DNA from: Candidatus Eiseniibacteriota bacterium
GTDB taxonomy: Bacteria > Eisenbacteria > RBG-16-71-46
Reading direction: 5' to 3'
Assembly (NCBI GenBank): GCA_031364845.1
Contig: JANLWX010000209.1
Coordinates: 1-40,646, forward strand
DNA: 40,646 nucleotides
Below the pieces are notes generated by a model. It did no database searches, had not been told where the DNA came from, and saw only the letters and a list, made by a program, of their open reading frames with translations. How positions within the stretch are numbered: position 1 is the first letter of the stretch; the number at the start of each line of letters is the position of its first letter. Positions 37,929-40,646 of this stretch are shown one piece after another. A program made the translations under genes and the position numbers.

Positions 37929-39367
37929 GCTTTCGCCTCAAATGCTACATCGCGGCGATCGCCGCCGTGGCCCTGGGGCTGGTGATCGTCTTCGCCCCGG
38001 GTGACCTCGCGACGCGCTGGCCGCACTATCTCGGCTGGGTCGTCATCTGCGTGGTGTCCGAGGGACTGTGGGTCTCGACGTTCTCGGGCACCGGCACCGT
38101 CACGATGGCGTCCACCGCCGGCCTCGCGACCGCGATGCTGTGGGGACGCGGGGCCTCGATGATCATCGTGGTCGCAAGCACGGCGATCGCCGAGCTGTTC
38201 GTTCTGCGCAAACCGCCGATCCGCGTGTTCTTCAACTCGAGTCAGATTGCCATCACGATGTGGTTCGCGGCGAGCGCCTTCGAGCTGCTCGGCGGATTTC
38301 CGAACGGACTGTTCGGTGCGGCGACCGTCGGCACCGGAGACGGTGTCGCGCTGCGGCTTGCGCTGCCGACCGTGGGGATGCTTGCGGCCTACCTGCTCGC
38401 CAATCGCGCGCTGGTCGCGGTCGCGGTGTCGTGGTCGACCGAACGCTCCTATCTCAAAGTGTTGCGCGAGGACTGGTTCACCGTCGAGCGCCTCCTTCAG
38501 GATCTCTCGGCCTTCCTGTTGAGCCCGCTCATGGTCATCTCGTTCGTTTCGATCGGTTACTCGGGCGTGCTGCTGTTCTTCGCGCCGCTGTGGCTGCTCA
38601 ACGAATCCGCGAAACGCTACCTCGAACTCCAGCGCGCGCAGAATCAGGTGATTCACAGCGAGCGCATGGCGGCCAAAGGCGAAATGGCGGCGGAGGTGGG
38701 GCACGAGCTGCGCAACCAACTCGCCGCGATCAGCGGACGCGCGCAGATGCTGCTGCGCGATGCCGACAAACAGAACTACGCGAACCTCAACCGCCACGCG
38801 CAGATCATTCTCGATCAGTCGCAGCGCATGGAACGCCTGTCGAAGGGCCTCATGGAATTCTCCGGCGCCGAGCCCAAGATGGAGCGTGTCGACGTCAACG
38901 CCCTGCTCCAGCGCACGATCGAGTTCGTGCGCACGCAGAACCGCTTCGACGGCGTCGAGTGGGACGTGCAGCTGTGTGAGCCGCCCCCTGAACTGCGCGC
39001 CGACCCCGGCCAGCTCCAGCAGGTGCTGCTGAACCTGTTCATGAACGCCGCCGACGCGATGAGGGCCGACGCGAACGGCGCAGGACCACCGAAGAAGCTG
39101 ATCACCGTCATCACCGAGCGCGACGACCGCGCGGGCACGCTGCGCTGCATCGTCAAAGACACCGGCCCCGGAATCCCGGCGTCCAATCTGGTCAAGATCT
39201 TCGAGCCGCATTTCACGACCAAAGCCGACGGCCACGGCTTCGGATTGTCGACGTCGTATCGCATCGTCGGCAGCCATGGTGGCCGCATCGGCGTCGAGAG
39301 CCCGATTGGGCACGGCGCGACGTTCACCGTGTCGCTGCCGCTCGGAGGACCCGGCTCGTGGACCTGA
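37925..39367 (+). CDS. Membrane-embedded sensor histidine kinase
   Basis: Multi-TM N-terminus; H-box GEMAAEVGHELRN, N-box QQVLLNLFMNAADA, DTGPGI, IFEPHFTTK, GFGLS; TTGA overlap with the previous gene. Confidence 0.9.
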   Translation: MSFRLKCYIAAIAAVALGLVIVFAPGDLATRWPHYLGWVVICVVSEGLWVSTFSGTGTVTMASTAGLATAMLWGRGASMIIVVASTAIAELFVLRKPPIRVFFNSSQIAITMWFAASAFELLGGFPNGLFGAATVGTGDGVALRLALPTVGMLAAYLLANRALVAVAVSWSTERSYLKVLREDWFTVERLLQDLSAFLLSPLMVISFVSIGYSGVLLFFAPLWLLNESAKRYLELQRAQNQVIHSERMAAKGEMAAEVGHELRNQLAAISGRAQMLLRDADKQNYANLNRHAQIILDQSQRMERLSKGLMEFSGAEPKMERVDVNALLQRTIEFVRTQNRFDGVEWDVQLCEPPPELRADPGQLQQVLLNLFMNAADAMRADANGAGPPKKLITVITERDDRAGTLRCIVKDTGPGIPASNLVKIFEPHFTTKADGHGFGLSTSYRIVGSHGGRIGVESPIGHGATFTVSLPLGGPGSWT

Positions 39368-40311
39368 CCGCCGACGTCGTCCGCGTCGACTTCGGCGGAT
39401 GCATCCTGATGCGCGACGACGGTTCGCTCGCCGAGGCGACCGCGCGCGGCAAGCTGATGGGCCCGCGCAAGTCGCTCGGCAACACGGTCGTCGTCGGCGA
39501 CCGCGTGGGCTGTGCGCTCGAAGGCGAACGCATCCTGATCGAGGACGTCGAACCGCGCCGCAATGCATTCAGCCGCCGCGCTCCCGGCAATCATCCGATC
39601 GAACAGGTCGTCGCCGCGAACCTCGACCAGGTCGTGTGCGTCGCATCGGTCGCGGAGCCGGACTTCAAAGCCGGATTCGCCGACCGCGTGTTGTCGCAGG
39701 CTCAGCATCTCGGAATCCCGGCCGTGCTCGCGCTCACCAAGATCGATCTCGCGCCCGCCTCCGAAGCCGAAGCCCTGCTCGGTGACTACCGCCGTGCAGG
39801 TTTCACGGTGCACGCGATCAGCGCGCAGACCGGCGCGGGAGTCGAGACGATGCGCGAGTCCGCTCGCGGACACCGCAGCCTGTTCGTCGGACATTCCGGC
39901 GTGGGGAAGAGCACGCTGCTGAACGCGCTGGTCCCCGGCCTCGAACTGCTGGCCGGCGTCGTGAATCCCAAAACACAGAAAGGCCGCCACACGACCACCG
40001 CCGCATGGCTCGTGCGTCCCGAGCCCGGATTCGATCTCATCGACACGCCCGGTGTTCGCGCATTCGGCCTGTGGGGCGTGGGCTCCGAGAACATCGATCA
40101 GACCTACCCCGAATTCGGCGCGCATCTCGGCCACTGCCGCTTTGCCGACTGCCGCCATCTCAACGAGCCCGGCTGCGCCGTGCGCGCCGCCGTCGGCAAA
40201 GACATCGCCGCGCGGCGCTTCGATTCGTTCTTGAAGCTGCGTGAAGAACTGCTGCGCGAAGAGTCGCACCAGATCGAGAAGATTCGCGCGAACACGCGAT
40301 ATCGGAGGTAG
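39358..40311 (+). CDS. rsgA: Ribosome small subunit-dependent GTPase A
   Basis: VVGDRV, TKID, GHSGVGKSTLLN, KGRHTTT, IDTPG, Zn finger CRFADCRHLNEPGCAV. Confidence 0.95.
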   Translation: MDLTADVVRVDFGGCILMRDDGSLAEATARGKLMGPRKSLGNTVVVGDRVGCALEGERILIEDVEPRRNAFSRRAPGNHPIEQVVAANLDQVVCVASVAEPDFKAGFADRVLSQAQHLGIPAVLALTKIDLAPASEAEALLGDYRRAGFTVHAISAQTGAGVETMRESARGHRSLFVGHSGVGKSTLLNALVPGLELLAGVVNPKTQKGRHTTTAAWLVRPEPGFDLIDTPGVRAFGLWGVGSENIDQTYPEFGAHLGHCRFADCRHLNEPGCAVRAAVGKDIAARRFDSFLKLREELLREESHQIEKIRANTRYRR

Positions 40312-40352
40312 GGGCAGGTCGGGTAGGCCTTCGCTTCCGGCCCCTCACGCAT

Positions 40353-40510
40353 TCACCGCGACGACGCTAACGTCACTGCGGGTTCTCGATCGGCCGTTCT
40401 GGCCGCCGCTGCGCGCCTCTCTCTGGTCACGCGCTTCGCTTCGTCCCGCTTGCGCGCCATGAACCCCGCGCCAAACGTTTGCTCCGCTTCGTACTGGTTG
40501 TGTGTCCGGC
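40353..40510 (-). pseudogene. 3' fragment of a probable HNH endonuclease-family gene, interrupted by the intron
   Basis: Reads (C)RTHNQYEAEQTFGAGFMARKRDEAKR...*, with coding-like GC-rich third positions. It resembles the CRxHNQYxAExxFG tail of HNH proteins (recognised from memory, not searched). Confidence 0.55.
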
Positions 40511-40646
40511 TTGCGACAGGCAAAGCCTGAGAAAGGGGGATTCGCTGATGAAGCGGTGAAACCTTTCGCTGGAACCCTGCAGGTAACCAGTCCTGCCCGG
40601 TCAAGGCTGGCAACCAACCGGAACCGAGTGTTGCGTGGTCGGAGGG
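40511..40646 (+). mobile_element. 5' end (domain I) of a bacterial group II intron, truncated by the window edge
   Basis: Begins TTGCGACAG (GUGYG variant). Stacked hairpins CAGGC-AAA-GCCTG, GAAAGG/CCTTTC, GCAGG-TAACCAGT-CCTGC, then CCGG...ACCGGAACCGAGTGTTGCGTGG, typical of domain I in bacterial IIB-like (class E/F) introns. Alternative start GTGTG at 40500. Confidence 0.72.

Noticed and set aside
40459..40510. Plus-strand ORF (MNPAPNVCSASYW...) as the intron's 5' exon
   Set aside because: No SD or recognisable motif; the minus-strand frame explains the sequence better.
40585..40591. AACCAGT loop complementary to ACTGGTT (40493-40499) as an EBS-IBS pair
   Set aside because: The loop is in the 5' part of domain I rather than Id, and the target is 12-18 nt from the preferred junction; a 7-nt match is plausibly chance.

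Overview
High-GC bacterial chromosomal window, densely coding. Its gene content (Tol-Pal, secreted proteins with FlgD-Ig/T9SS-like C-terminal modules, bshCBA) suggests a diderm FCB-group organism such as Ca. Eisenbacteria, which is an inference only. In order: two convergent secreted repeat proteins (Calx-beta, and InlB-B repeats plus a beta-helix); a TlpA redoxin; a tolQ-tolR-tolA-tolB-pal-cpoB operon followed by an Omp85-family gene; a metabolic run (adenosine-specific kinase, FAD oxidoreductase, MBL hydrolase, gamma-CA/DinB fusion, hypothetical, MogA/MoaB, dcd); a GT4; hsp20-dnaK behind a sigma54-type promoter; a GT2; a nucleotide-sugar dehydrogenase; a candidate ~120-nt rod-shaped ncRNA; FAH hydrolase-amidohydrolase-ECF sigma; uppP and murJ (divergent); a CaCA antiporter; a CMD-family gene; bshC-bshB1-bshA (bacillithiol) running into DUF1611-dipeptide epimerase-histidine kinase-rsgA. 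At the right edge is the 5' end of a group II intron that appears to be inserted antisense into the C-x-x-H-N motif of an HNH nuclease gene. The most notable items are that intron/HNH junction, the unannotated ncRNA, a beta-helix domain nested inside an InlB-B repeat, the gamma-CA/DinB fusion, and a recurrent TTGAnn-N18-TAGCGT promoter with apparently leaderless genes. No rRNA, tRNA or CRISPR array was seen. All product calls rest on motifs recognised by eye; no database search was run.
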